Positions 17,910 through 26,196 of a stretch of 27,186 nucleotides of DNA are shown here, one piece after another. Where the stretch lies: the IMG/VR virus record IMGVR_UViG_2537561936_000020, positions 1-27,186 of that record. The stretch is one strand, 5' to 3'. A program made the position numbers and the translations under genes. Every line of letters starts with the position of its first letter. Position 1 is the stretch's first letter. This DNA is from a virus. Taxonomy: Duplodnaviria > Heunggongvirae > Uroviricota > Caudoviricetes. The notes below the pieces were generated by a model that searched no databases, was not told the DNA's origin, and saw only the letters and a list, made by a program, of their open reading frames with translations.

Positions 17910-18221
17910 TTACTCAGGAAATAACGCCCGGATATTCCCAGCCATCTGGCTGGTTATCTTAGCCACTGGTGCAGACTGTGCTTCAAACTTTTTTGAGCTG
18001 ATTTGTGTCACAGGTAACATCTCATCATCAGCCCATGCGGCCAGTCGGTAAGCCTCTGCCGGATTCGTCTTCAGAAGTGCCAGCCCGGCCAGAAAAGCCA
18101 CGCGTTGGCCGCTTTTGCGGGCTTCTGGTGTAAGGCTGTCCAGCCAGGCGCATGCTTCTCCTTCGTTCTTGACGGCGGCGGGCTTCAGATAGAAACTTAT
18201 CCGTCTGGTTGGTGTCGTCAT
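17910..18221 (-). CDS. parR: ParR-like centromere-binding protein
   Basis: 103 aa from MTTPTRRISFYLKPAAV…AWLDSLTPEARKSGQRVAFLAGLAL, recalling the R1 ParR N-terminus. AAGGAG lies 8 nt upstream, inside the parM 3' end. ORF-track start 18356 rejected. Confidence 0.7.
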   Translation of the reverse strand: MTTPTRRISFYLKPAAVKNEGEACAWLDSLTPEARKSGQRVAFLAGLALLKTNPAEAYRLAAWADDEMLPVTQISSKKFEAQSAPVAKITSQMAGNIRALFPE

Positions 18222-18225
18222 TGGT

Positions 18226-19185
18226 TTACTCCTTGTCCATTGCGTACAGCCCATTAACCAGAGCAAACTGTGGCACCCCGTCCGCGATGAAAGTCGCATT
18301 AACTCCGCAGGCTTCGCGGATAGCGGGTGCCACAATCTCCGCCCCGCCACCGACAACCATCACCCGCCCGTAACCCGAAAAAACCGCCAGCGCGCGGATC
18401 ACGCGTTGTTTCAGTGTTTCTTCCTTTTCACGAATAACCGCCATCAGGCTGGCGTAATGCGCGTCATTGTGGATGTGCTGGCGCAGCCAGGCTTCATCAT
18501 GGCGATGTTCGATAATGGTATTGGCGATGTGGTGACTGGTGCGCATACCGTTAGTGGCCATCACCGACAGTACGGCATCGGCCATAAGAGAAACGCCTAC
18601 GTGTGGATCGCAAAACACCTGGCTGATACCTGCCAGTTGCCCCTGAACCTTTGCCACATCCAGCGTGGTTCCGCCCAAATCCACAATCAGCAGGGATTCA
18701 AACGGACTCATGTCAGCCAGTGCTTTAAAGCCAGCCGGAATGGATTCAGGCATAACCCGTACGTTACGGATAGTGAATGCTTCGCCGTTCTGGTACTCCA
18801 CCGGGCGCATGACGTTCGCTTTTTTGCGGTTGATGTTGGCCATGTCCGGCTGTGCGTTTGTGTCGAAATATTCGCTCAGTGGCAGGGTAACAACCACATC
18901 CACTTCCTGTGGCGTGATGTCTGATTTGACCAGCGCGTGATGAATGGCAATGACATTCACATCGCTGTACTGGTATTGCGTGTCGGTCGTCTGGACAAAG
19001 CGATCGCTGACCGGATCAAAACCATAGCGCACGCCATCAAGCATGTAGTTAGCAGGCTGCGAGCCACCGAACGGCGCAGACCATTCCGACTTGAAGCTGT
19101 TCGGGCTGATGGCGTTGCGGCGTTCGCCGTTCTCAGTCCATGCCAGCTTGATGTTGGTGGAGCCGTCGTCGATGTAAATTTTCAT
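18226..19185 (-). CDS. parM: ParM/StbA-like actin-type segregation ATPase
   Basis: 319 aa. MKIYIDDGSTNIKLAW…ISPNSFK…QYSDVNVIAIHHAL…EVDVVVTLPL…VVGGGAEI, closely following the R1 ParM pattern as recalled. Confidence 0.85.
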   Translation of the reverse strand: MKIYIDDGSTNIKLAWTENGERRNAISPNSFKSEWSAPFGGSQPANYMLDGVRYGFDPVSDRFVQTTDTQYQYSDVNVIAIHHALVKSDITPQEVDVVVTLPLSEYFDTNAQPDMANINRKKANVMRPVEYQNGEAFTIRNVRVMPESIPAGFKALADMSPFESLLIVDLGGTTLDVAKVQGQLAGISQVFCDPHVGVSLMADAVLSVMATNGMRTSHHIANTIIEHRHDEAWLRQHIHNDAHYASLMAVIREKEETLKQRVIRALAVFSGYGRVMVVGGGAEIVAPAIREACGVNATFIADGVPQFALVNGLYAMDKE

Positions 19186-19215
19186 GTCGGTTTTCCTTAT
19201 GTTGATTAATTAATC

Positions 19216-19328
19216 GTTTACGGGATTCTGAAATCCCGTTTTTGCCTGTTTTGTGCGCGCTTCATATATCGCTGCGCGTTTTTTGCTCATTTACGGGATT
19301 CGTGAGTCCCGTTTCTGTCTGTTTTTTG
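19216..19328. repeat. Candidate parC centromere/operator: two ~40-bp direct repeats each containing a 20-bp palindrome
   Basis: ACGGGATTCTGAAATCCCGT (19220-19239) and ACGGGATTCGTGAGTCCCGT (19293-19312), 73 bp apart, each followed by TTT(T/C)TG(C/T)CTGTTTT(G/T)TG. Lies directly upstream of parM. Confidence 0.6.
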
Positions 19329-22087
19329 TTTCCACTGGTCAGGCCACCCCGCAGCAGGTCTGCTTTGCGGCTGGCGCGTTCAGTGGTTTCACTGATTCTC
19401 TGTGCGTGCTCTGCGTCGCGGATGGCGCGCAGCATGTCAGAAAGCACGGTAACGGGTGTTTTCATGGTGTTCTGGTCCTGCTGAAGTGTGGATGCCAGGC
19501 GTGCGGCGGCTTCAGGGTCTGATGCCCCCAGCTGTGCCAGATAGCTGGCGACCGGGTTATGGCGGATCTCCGTGCTGCTTACGCCATGATTACGGCTCAG
19601 ACGCTGCCAGAGCTGCGTGATTCGGCTGTCCGGGCGGGTATCCGGTTTGCGTACAATTTCAAATCCCTGCGGTGCAATGATGCTGCCGTCAACGTACAGA
19701 CTGCCGCCCCGTAACAGGTGCTGCATCTGTTGTTCACCGATATGCAGGCCGAGAGATTCAGCAGACTCCCGCCATTCTTTAGCGAGTAACTCGTGGTTAT
19801 CAGGCAAAGGCCGCTGCTGTTTGCGGCTCTGTGTCCAGTTCTGCATTTCATCGCTGCTGTTTTTTGCCTGTTTGTCACGAAGCGAACGCATCAGCGCCCG
19901 GCGTTCGTGCCGTTTCAGTGAGCGCATCCATTCATTTACTTCAACGCCGTCAGGAAGCTGCGGCCACGGTGCTGGCCGTTCTTCCGGCTGTTCTGTCCCG
20001 TTGTTGCCTGTTTCCTGTACACGGGGACAGTTATTGCCACGAGTCCAAGGGGCGGCAGGGCCGCCCTGAAGGTCAAAACCATTTTCGCGGGCGCTGTCTT
20101 CCGCTTCCGGTTTACGTCTTACCAGCTTCCAGTTATCCGGATGCGTGCACACACGGGAGGATTCCCCGATGAATGGCGACCAGATCCCGTAAATCTGTAC
20201 ACTCTGTTCGCCGTAATCGTTCAGCTCATCTGCGAGGTCGTAGGCTGTGCGAATCAGGTAGTCCTTGCGCGGAACAAGTACGCCACCCTGTTTTTCAATG
20301 TAGGTGGCAAAACATCCGGCATCAGCGGCAGCGAGTACCGCATCCATTGCGTCATCCTTCAGCCGTTGCGGGCCTTCCGGGTTGCGTGCCATCTGGCTGG
20401 CAAGGCGGCGGAGTTCACGCCACACCTGACGGGAGGGGATGCCAAAGAACTGGAACTGGCGGACCCGGTGAAGGCGCGCCCAGCCGATGGCTCGCTCCAC
20501 GCTCTCGGCCATTGATTTACCTGTTTCGTGGTCAACGCGTGGCTTGCCCGTTTTCGGGTCGATGCCATCCACGGCGCGGCTGTCCAGGTTCTTTCCGATG
20601 TAGGTGGCGATGTAGCTGGTTGGCGTGCCTTTTGAGCCGTCGACGTACTCCGCCTTAAAGCGTGGGGTAATATCATCACCCAGCTCGTGACGATCTTCCT
20701 GAATGGCAATATCGCGGGTGTGGGACACAATGGTGTCGATTTCTTCCGGATGAGCAAAGACCATCATATGCCAGTGCACGGTGCCGTCATGGTGAGGCTC
20801 CACCGTGCGGATGCCATACCAGCGCAGGCCGTCGCGGTTCAGTTTCTTGCGGACCGCTGCAAAAAACGTGTTAACCAGGTAATCGCTGGAGTCGCGCATG
20901 GTGGCCCCGTTCCATTTGGGATTCGGATGACCGTTCTCTGTTGTGGCGTGGTATTTTGACGGGCAGGTGACAGTTAGAAACACCGCTTTGTCGCCACGGG
21001 CTTCGGCCAGAAGTTCCAGCCCCTTCATGGTGGCCATCATTTCTGCCTTACGGTGAACCGGGTTACTTACTCCCGCGTAATACACTGTCTCGAGATCAAT
21101 CGTGAAACCGTCTTCGTTTTCCAGTTCGAAGCTCTTCAGGAAGTCGCGGGTTTTCTCGCGCTGTGCGCGAAACTCGCTTAACGCGTCCTGGCTCAGATAG
21201 GGTGATGTTTTTCTGGAAACCAGACAGGCGGCGCGGAGTTGTTCTTCTCTCCACTCACAACGTAACAGCCACAGTTTGCGTTTCCACCAGTCCGCACAGG
21301 TCAGGCGAAGGATTGCGCCCGGCAGCAGTTCCGTATCCGGTTCGCTCTTGTTCAGGGCTTCGTAATGTGGCGGCATGATGTGCAGGCGTAATGCGATACG
21401 AGCCAGCATCCGGTAAGCCTTCAACATTACATCCATGGTCAGCTCGCCATCTCTGGCACCAAAGCCATCGCAGAGTGTTTCGAAGGTGCTGCTGAACATC
21501 GCCGCGGTCATGGTGGCCAGCGTCTGTATCTGGTGCTTGTTGAGCTGCGGCAGGTAAAGCAAATCGTCCAGGCGTTCGCGCCCGGCAAGGGAGCGATAAC
21601 CCGGTGTCAGCCAGCGTCCGTCAGTGCGATCCAGACGTTCGAATATTTTGCGCAGGGTTCCGCGTGCATAGCGTTCCGCCTGCCAGCTCTTTTTGCCTTT
21701 CTGGCGATCGGCTTCCTGTTTTTTGCGCAGGAAAGAGAGGTGGCGGCTCAGTGGTTCACGCAGATAAACAGGTAGTGCCTTTAGTGTGGCAAAGGCACGG
21801 GCTACTGGGTCTTGTTCTGTTGCCCGGCGCTTACTGATGATGCTCTGTGCCAGCTTTTCACGCTGTCCGGCTTCCTCAAGGGATGCCATGAGTTTTTTAC
21901 CCATGGCGGATTGTGCGAAAAAGGCTTCTTCCTTCGCTTCCTGTTCTTCCTGTGCCCTTTTGTCTGCCTCAAGGTAGTAACGGATGGCGCGTTGCAGGTC
22001 GGTTTCAGTTTCCTGCCTGCGCTCCGTAAACCTGGCCGGATCAATGGCTGGCCGTGGTTCATTCCAGCTCCATGCAAACTCGCTCAT
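19262..22087 (-). CDS. A: Replication initiation endonuclease A (rolling-circle Rep, P2 gpA-like)
   Basis: About 941 aa. HUH-type motif DGTVHWHMMVF and tyrosine pair TSYIATYIGK. Start chosen at Met10 (ATGA overlap with the upstream gene). Confidence 0.85.
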   Translation of the reverse strand: MSEFAWSWNEPRPAIDPARFTERRQETETDLQRAIRYYLEADKRAQEEQEAKEEAFFAQSAMGKKLMASLEEAGQREKLAQSIISKRRATEQDPVARAFATLKALPVYLREPLSRHLSFLRKKQEADRQKGKKSWQAERYARGTLRKIFERLDRTDGRWLTPGYRSLAGRERLDDLLYLPQLNKHQIQTLATMTAAMFSSTFETLCDGFGARDGELTMDVMLKAYRMLARIALRLHIMPPHYEALNKSEPDTELLPGAILRLTCADWWKRKLWLLRCEWREEQLRAACLVSRKTSPYLSQDALSEFRAQREKTRDFLKSFELENEDGFTIDLETVYYAGVSNPVHRKAEMMATMKGLELLAEARGDKAVFLTVTCPSKYHATTENGHPNPKWNGATMRDSSDYLVNTFFAAVRKKLNRDGLRWYGIRTVEPHHDGTVHWHMMVFAHPEEIDTIVSHTRDIAIQEDRHELGDDITPRFKAEYVDGSKGTPTSYIATYIGKNLDSRAVDGIDPKTGKPRVDHETGKSMAESVERAIGWARLHRVRQFQFFGIPSRQVWRELRRLASQMARNPEGPQRLKDDAMDAVLAAADAGCFATYIEKQGGVLVPRKDYLIRTAYDLADELNDYGEQSVQIYGIWSPFIGESSRVCTHPDNWKLVRRKPEAEDSARENGFDLQGGPAAPWTRGNNCPRVQETGNNGTEQPEERPAPWPQLPDGVEVNEWMRSLKRHERRALMRSLRDKQAKNSSDEMQNWTQSRKQQRPLPDNHELLAKEWRESAESLGLHIGEQQMQHLLRGGSLYVDGSIIAPQGFEIVRKPDTRPDSRITQLWQRLSRNHGVSSTEIRHNPVASYLAQLGASDPEAAARLASTLQQDQNTMKTPVTVLSDMLRAIRDAEHAQRISETTERASRKADLLRGGLTSGNKKQTETGLTNPVNEQKTRSDI

Positions 22088-22473
22088 GGCTGGTATCCCG
22101 TCACGCGCTGCCACTCCTGCGAGAAGATGGCGGAAAGGCGGTTAAATTCAGCGGTGTATTCACTCAGCGAGGCACACCCGCCAGCAGTGCGATGCGCCAG
22201 CATTGCCGCGAATACGGAGGCCGGGGAGTCGTAATACGCCAGCAGTGATTCGCCGTGTGGTGTCAGGCAGTGCAACGCCAGCCCGTGTGGTGTGAAGTCC
22301 ACGCGGTAGCAGTCGTCTACTGTGAAATAAAGGGTGTCCGCATTCTCCGGTTTTGTGGTGCGTGCTCTGTTGTCACGACCACGGATGTAGAGATCAAATA
22401 ATCCCTGAAGAATGGGAGCCAGACGGGTGTCCTGTGTGCGCACCCATCTTGTGAAGTCATGAGCGTCAATCAT
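22084..22473 (-). CDS. Hypothetical early protein
   Basis: 129 aa ORF, translationally coupled to A. No recognisable motif. Confidence 0.55.
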   Translation of the reverse strand: MIDAHDFTRWVRTQDTRLAPILQGLFDLYIRGRDNRARTTKPENADTLYFTVDDCYRVDFTPHGLALHCLTPHGESLLAYYDSPASVFAAMLAHRTAGGCASLSEYTAEFNRLSAIFSQEWQRVTGYQP

Positions 22474-22545
22474 GCTGCAATTCTCTTTACTACAGATGTG
22501 CGAAGGCCTCCCGCCGCAAGGTGCAGGAAAGGCCTGGAACAGGAA

Positions 22546-22776
22546 TTAATGGAGTTTGTTTTGCTGCTGAAAGAGCTGCTGAAGCTCGCGCAGATCATCC
22601 GCCAGATAGCTGAAAACAGCGGATGAATAGAGGTTTGAAAGTTCGCAGCTACGCTCATGCAGCATATTGATGTGCATGATTTTAGCGACGCGGAATGCGC
22701 GGGAAAGTCTGCGGTTGATTTCAGTCTGGATGTGACGACGCTCCGCGATAGCGCGGTGCTGTTTGCGGTTTGCCAT
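22546..22776 (-). CDS. Hypothetical small basic protein
   Basis: 76 aa, protein-like composition; GAAGAGG 9 nt upstream of the ATG. Overlaps the long ORF 22470..23402 in another frame. Confidence 0.45.
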   Translation of the reverse strand: MANRKQHRAIAERRHIQTEINRRLSRAFRVAKIMHINMLHERSCELSNLYSSAVFSYLADDLRELQQLFQQQNKLH

Positions 22777-22958
22777 GGTGTTTGGCCTCTTCGTTTGTGA
22801 GTTTTTGGATACTCACCAACCAGAGTTGAGAATCTCGGGGTGGCGAGACGTACGGGGTTCTCAACACCGGCAAACGAAGAAACCGGCCCGACCGAAGTCG
22901 GCCCCGTACGCCCCACCATAATTCGTGTGCGAAAAAGACGTGGCAATACAGTACGCAC

Positions 22959-22979
22959 AAAAAAACCGCTGGCGCGGTT
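22959..22979 (-). terminator. Rho-independent terminator inside the early operon
   Basis: On the - strand AACCGC-GCCA-GCGGTT followed by TTTTTTT. Confidence 0.55.
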
Positions 22980-23089
22980 GTGCGCTTCGTTTGTCAGCAG
23001 GTTGAGAATCCCGGCACCCGTTTTATGAGGTGCAGCAGAAATGTAACCTGACTGATTGCGGCATGGCAAGCGGTTTTTTTGTGTGTGCA

Positions 23090-23402
23090 TGCTCTGATTT
23101 CTTACTGGTTCAGAAAAAAAATCAAAAACCTTGTCAATGCGTTGCAACAGCTCTTGCTGTATTGCTTCCGGCGTTTCCGGTTCGCCTGGCGCCTCCAATG
23201 TCGCGCAGAAATCAGCGATTTCATGATGGAGCGTCAGGCGAATGGCAGGAGCCGTGGTTCTGGCGTGCTCCAGCTCATCCAGCAATGCCAGCACCGCAGA
23301 CGGCGAGAGCATTGCGCGAAATGCCAGTAATTTTTGAGGTGTTGCCATTCGTTGCAGGGCAAATGCCAGTTCGCGTAGCTTCTGGTGGTTGATGGTGCTC
23401 AT
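23090..23402 (-). CDS. Hypothetical early protein (3' boundary uncertain)
   Basis: ATGA overlap with the upstream gene. First ~100 aa look protein-like; the ORF stays open to 22470 through a hairpin-rich segment of atypical composition. Confidence 0.4.
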
Positions 23403-23665
23403 GTTCTGGCTTCCTTCAGTAGCTGGTTAAACATGTGAGTAAGTGGATTGCTACACCCGAACGGCATCGGGTTTACGTGGTAAGAAGCCTGGCCTCCAGT
23501 TTTGCGAGCGCGACCACCTGTGCTGCGGTTTGTTCTGATGACTAAGCCGCCGCGCCAAAGTTGGCGTAACTCAGCATTAATGGCTGTGGTTGGAGTATTC
23601 AGTGCTGCTGCGATTTCTCCGCCGCTACAACCCGGATGGGTAGCGATGTAGTCCAGAATGGTCAT
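23399..23665 (-). CDS. Hypothetical protein, possible winged-helix DNA-binding fold
   Basis: 88 aa; coupled to its neighbours by overlapping stop/start codons. Confidence 0.5.
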   Translation of the reverse strand: MTILDYIATHPGCSGGEIAAALNTPTTAINAELRQLWRGGLVIRTNRSTGGRARKTGGQASYHVNPMPFGCSNPLTHMFNQLLKEART

Positions 23666-23865
23666 CTGCGTGGCTCCTGTACCTGTCGGATAAGATTCAC
23701 CCGCGCCACGTTGGTGGCGCAGAAATAAGTGCCGTCAGTGAGGTAGATGTGGTGTGCATCCTTTTCCGAACGATGTTTGTCGATAGTGGTAATCAGTCGT
23801 TCGTCGACCTCGTATTCGCGCCCTCTGGAGGTAAAGCGAACGACGGGAAAATGCTTAATTGCCAT
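23662..23865 (-). CDS. Hypothetical protein
   Basis: 67 aa ORF in the operon, with an ATGA overlap to the next gene. Confidence 0.45.
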   Translation of the reverse strand: MAIKHFPVVRFTSRGREYEVDERLITTIDKHRSEKDAHHIYLTDGTYFCATNVARVNLIRQVQEPRR

Positions 23866-23888
23866 TGCGCCCCCTTTGTCCAGTAACC

Positions 23889-24299
23889 CTATGCGTTAAA
23901 TACGGTGTGTCGGGCGTCATCAATGAATGCAACTTGAGAGCGCTCTATCAGGCGGAGATTTGTCAGAATTTCTGATTCCCTTATGGGGTGAGGAGTGATC
24001 AGGTATTTATCCTGTAACCCGGCGATAATGGTGTATCGCTGTAGCTCCGAGCCAATTGTGTAAATAAGGCGTCCGGTGTTAGACAAATCCAGTCCGGTGA
24101 CTGGTTGTGTTCTGAGAACCGCCAGTTCAGCATCCTGTTTTGCGATAATTTCGGCTGCTTCTGCCGTGACTCTTGCGACTATCAGTGTGTGGGTTGCGAC
24201 GTCCATATGATTATTTGCTAGGGCTTTTTTCGCTACTTCGTTTTCTGTCTTTGAAATTTCTTTCAGTGCTCTGATGATACCTTCTTCTTTTGCGTGCAT
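23889..24299 (-). CDS. Hypothetical protein
   Basis: 136 aa ORF in the early operon. Confidence 0.5.
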   Translation of the reverse strand: MHAKEEGIIRALKEISKTENEVAKKALANNHMDVATHTLIVARVTAEAAEIIAKQDAELAVLRTQPVTGLDLSNTGRLIYTIGSELQRYTIIAGLQDKYLITPHPIRESEILTNLRLIERSQVAFIDDARHTVFNA

Positions 24300-24393
24300 T
24301 TTTGTATCTCCGTTATTTGCGTGTGCGAATACCTCCGTTAATACGGATGGTTTTCACGTTTTCTTATTTAATTTGATGTTTTATTTGTATCGT

Positions 24394-24506
24394 TATTCAC
24401 CAGTGAAAAAACGTTCAATCTTTTTTACTGAATGAATAATTCGCATAATTCCAATGGCGCAGGCCACCGAAATAATCAGAACAAGCCATGAGATAAATAT
24501 ACTCAT
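24394..24506 (-). CDS. Small hydrophobic peptide (37 aa, single predicted TM helix)
   Basis: MSIFISWLVLIISVACAIGIMRIIHSVKKIERFFTGE, translated by hand. Its ATG overlaps the TGA of the upstream 80-aa gene (ATGA). Below the ORF-track size cut-off. Confidence 0.45.
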
Positions 24507-24745
24507 GCGATATTGCCCAGCTTATACGGTTCAATATGTTCCCCGCATTCTGCGGCACAGATCAGCTCGGAAAGTTCGTTAAGTGCATCCAGATCATCAG
24601 CGTAAAAAGCGACGTCATACAAACTCCGGATTGCCCTGGTCAATGAGTCACGGGCTGCACGTTCAGCATGAGCGCCTGATGCACTTAAGCGAAAATAAAA
24701 TCGTTCAAGTGCTTTGTTAATGAGAGTTTTATATTCTTTGCCCAT
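24503..24745 (-). CDS. Hypothetical protein
   Basis: 80 aa ORF in the early operon. Confidence 0.5.
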   Translation of the reverse strand: MGKEYKTLINKALERFYFRLSASGAHAERAARDSLTRAIRSLYDVAFYADDLDALNELSELICAAECGEHIEPYKLGNIA

Positions 24746-24756
24746 CGCAACGCCCT

Positions 24757-25035
24757 TTAATCTGCTTTCTGAATTTCAGCTTCTGAATCCATACAAATAA
24801 TTTCGATATATGGTTCATCGCCATTAACCTGACGTGCCTTTTCAGCTTCGCTAATGATTTCTCGCACGGTCTGGTACGGAAGCTCCACAGTCAGGCGCGT
24901 ACCGTTCAGATAAACGTAAGTAGCTGCGTTTTTTTCGGATGGAACAACTCCGTCAATGGCTGATGCGCGTAATAACAGTTCACCGCGAAAATCAATAAAA
25001 CGGATAAATACACCTTGTGCATGCTCTTTGGTCAT
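24757..25035 (-). CDS. Hypothetical protein
   Basis: 92 aa from the Met preceded by AGGTG; the ORF-track upstream extension was rejected. Confidence 0.5.
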   Translation of the reverse strand: MTKEHAQGVFIRFIDFRGELLLRASAIDGVVPSEKNAATYVYLNGTRLTVELPYQTVREIISEAEKARQVNGDEPYIEIICMDSEAEIQKAD

Positions 25036-25045
25036 AAAGCACCTG

Positions 25046-25387
25046 TTATAAATCAGCCTGTTTAATAAAACTTTGCCCACGAAGCAGACGATCAACCGTG
25101 CGAAGTGCTTCGTATAATGTGAAATCCTGCCCGAATTGATTGTCGCCGCAGCTCAATGCAAAAATGCGGTTTCCGGTAAACGGATTGCGTGGGCATTTGT
25201 GGACCACGATTCCAGCTTTCTCAATCAGCCAGGCATGCTCGCCGATTTGTTTTACTGGGTAGCCATCCGGCGTTGCGTGTGTATCACTCAGGCTGTAGCG
25301 GATGTTGCTGCGTGATGCACTGGTAGCGAAACGGTTAGCGTGGCGTTCAGCACCATTACGAAAGCGTGAATTACGTTGCTGTTTCAT
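25046..25387 (-). CDS. Hypothetical protein
   Basis: 113 aa; second gene of the early operon after cox. Confidence 0.5.
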   Translation of the reverse strand: MKQQRNSRFRNGAERHANRFATSASRSNIRYSLSDTHATPDGYPVKQIGEHAWLIEKAGIVVHKCPRNPFTGNRIFALSCGDNQFGQDFTLYEALRTVDRLLRGQSFIKQADL

Positions 25388-25405
25388 ATCAAAACTCCCT
25401 GCATC

Positions 25406-25732
25406 TCATGCAGCAAAATTAAGAAAGCCTAATCCCAAATCTTCCGCCAGCTTCTTGGCTTTCTTAAGCCAGTGATTGCGCCAATCTTTACGCTCAGGAG
25501 GAAGCTGTTTCGTTGCGTCATAGACCATTTCGAGCCACTCATTCCAAAGGATGAGAAGACGGCGCGAACTCCCTTCCTCGCCTAAAACCTCGCGCTCAGT
25601 GGTTAGAGGGATGAGTCGACGCTCTACCAACTTTCTTACGGCTGATTCGGTCTTACCTGTGCGGCGGGAAAACTCATCGACGGTGATGGGGTCTGGGATC
25701 TTAAACAATGCCCTCAATAGTTCTTCATTCAT
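25406..25732 (-). CDS. cox: Cox-like regulatory protein / excisionase
   Basis: 108 aa from MNEELL…PDPITVDEFSRRTGKTESAVRKLVERRLIPL…, resembling P2 Cox (…IPYQEFAKLIGKSTGAVRRMIDKGKLPVI…). Divergent from C. Confidence 0.75.
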   Translation of the reverse strand: MNEELLRALFKIPDPITVDEFSRRTGKTESAVRKLVERRLIPLTTEREVLGEEGSSRRLLILWNEWLEMVYDATKQLPPERKDWRNHWLKKAKKLAEDLGLGFLNFAA

Positions 25733-25827
25733 GTGATAATCTCCCTGTTTGGGGTATTTCTTGCGACGGATGCCCCAAATCAAACTCATTTGTATAAACA
25801 TTAATACAGACGTTGGAGAATTGCAAC
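25733..25827. promoter_or_regulatory. Divergent C / cox promoter-operator region
   Basis: Imperfect inverted repeat TTTGGGGTA…TGCCCCAAA (25748-25779) and an extended -10-like TGTATAAA (25791-25798) ahead of C. Confidence 0.45.
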
Positions 25828-26130
25828 ATGCGTATGACTATTGGAGAGCGCATAAAAATCATGCGTGAAAGCGAGAGACTTACTAGCCTCCCGGATACAG
25901 CAAAAATGCTTGGTTTAAACCGTGATGCTCTGTGGAGATATGAAAGCGGTAAAACTATCCCTAATGCTGAAGTAATTGAGCAAATACTAAACAACCCCAG
26001 ATTTGAGAAATATGCGTTGTGGTTTATGACTGGGAAAATTGCGCCTGAATCCGGGCAGATAGCTCCGGCTCTCGCACACTATGGGCAAGAGCCAACGGAC
26101 TTACCCCCATCCGAAAGGAAAATTGGCTAA
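25828..26130 (+). CDS. C: Immunity repressor C (P2 C-like HTH)
   Basis: …LWFMTGKIAPESGQIAPALAHYGQ… is near-identical to the P2 C C-terminus as recalled. Start among ATGs at 25813, 25828 and 25834 is uncertain. Confidence 0.85.
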   Translation: MRMTIGERIKIMRESERLTSLPDTAKMLGLNRDALWRYESGKTIPNAEVIEQILNNPRFEKYALWFMTGKIAPESGQIAPALAHYGQEPTDLPPSERKIG

Positions 26131-26196
26131 CCCTTTATTATTCTTACGTTTTACAAACTGGAAATGTCTTTCCTCGTTTCACCGGAGGGCTTGCCA

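Noticed and set aside
22801-23030. Possible tRNA or tmRNA-like gene suggested by repeated GTTGAGAATC and GC-rich stems
   Set aside because: No cloverleaf could be drawn and no T-loop GGTTCGAATCC-type motif or acceptor/CCA arrangement is present. Treated instead as a structured leader or ncRNA candidate.
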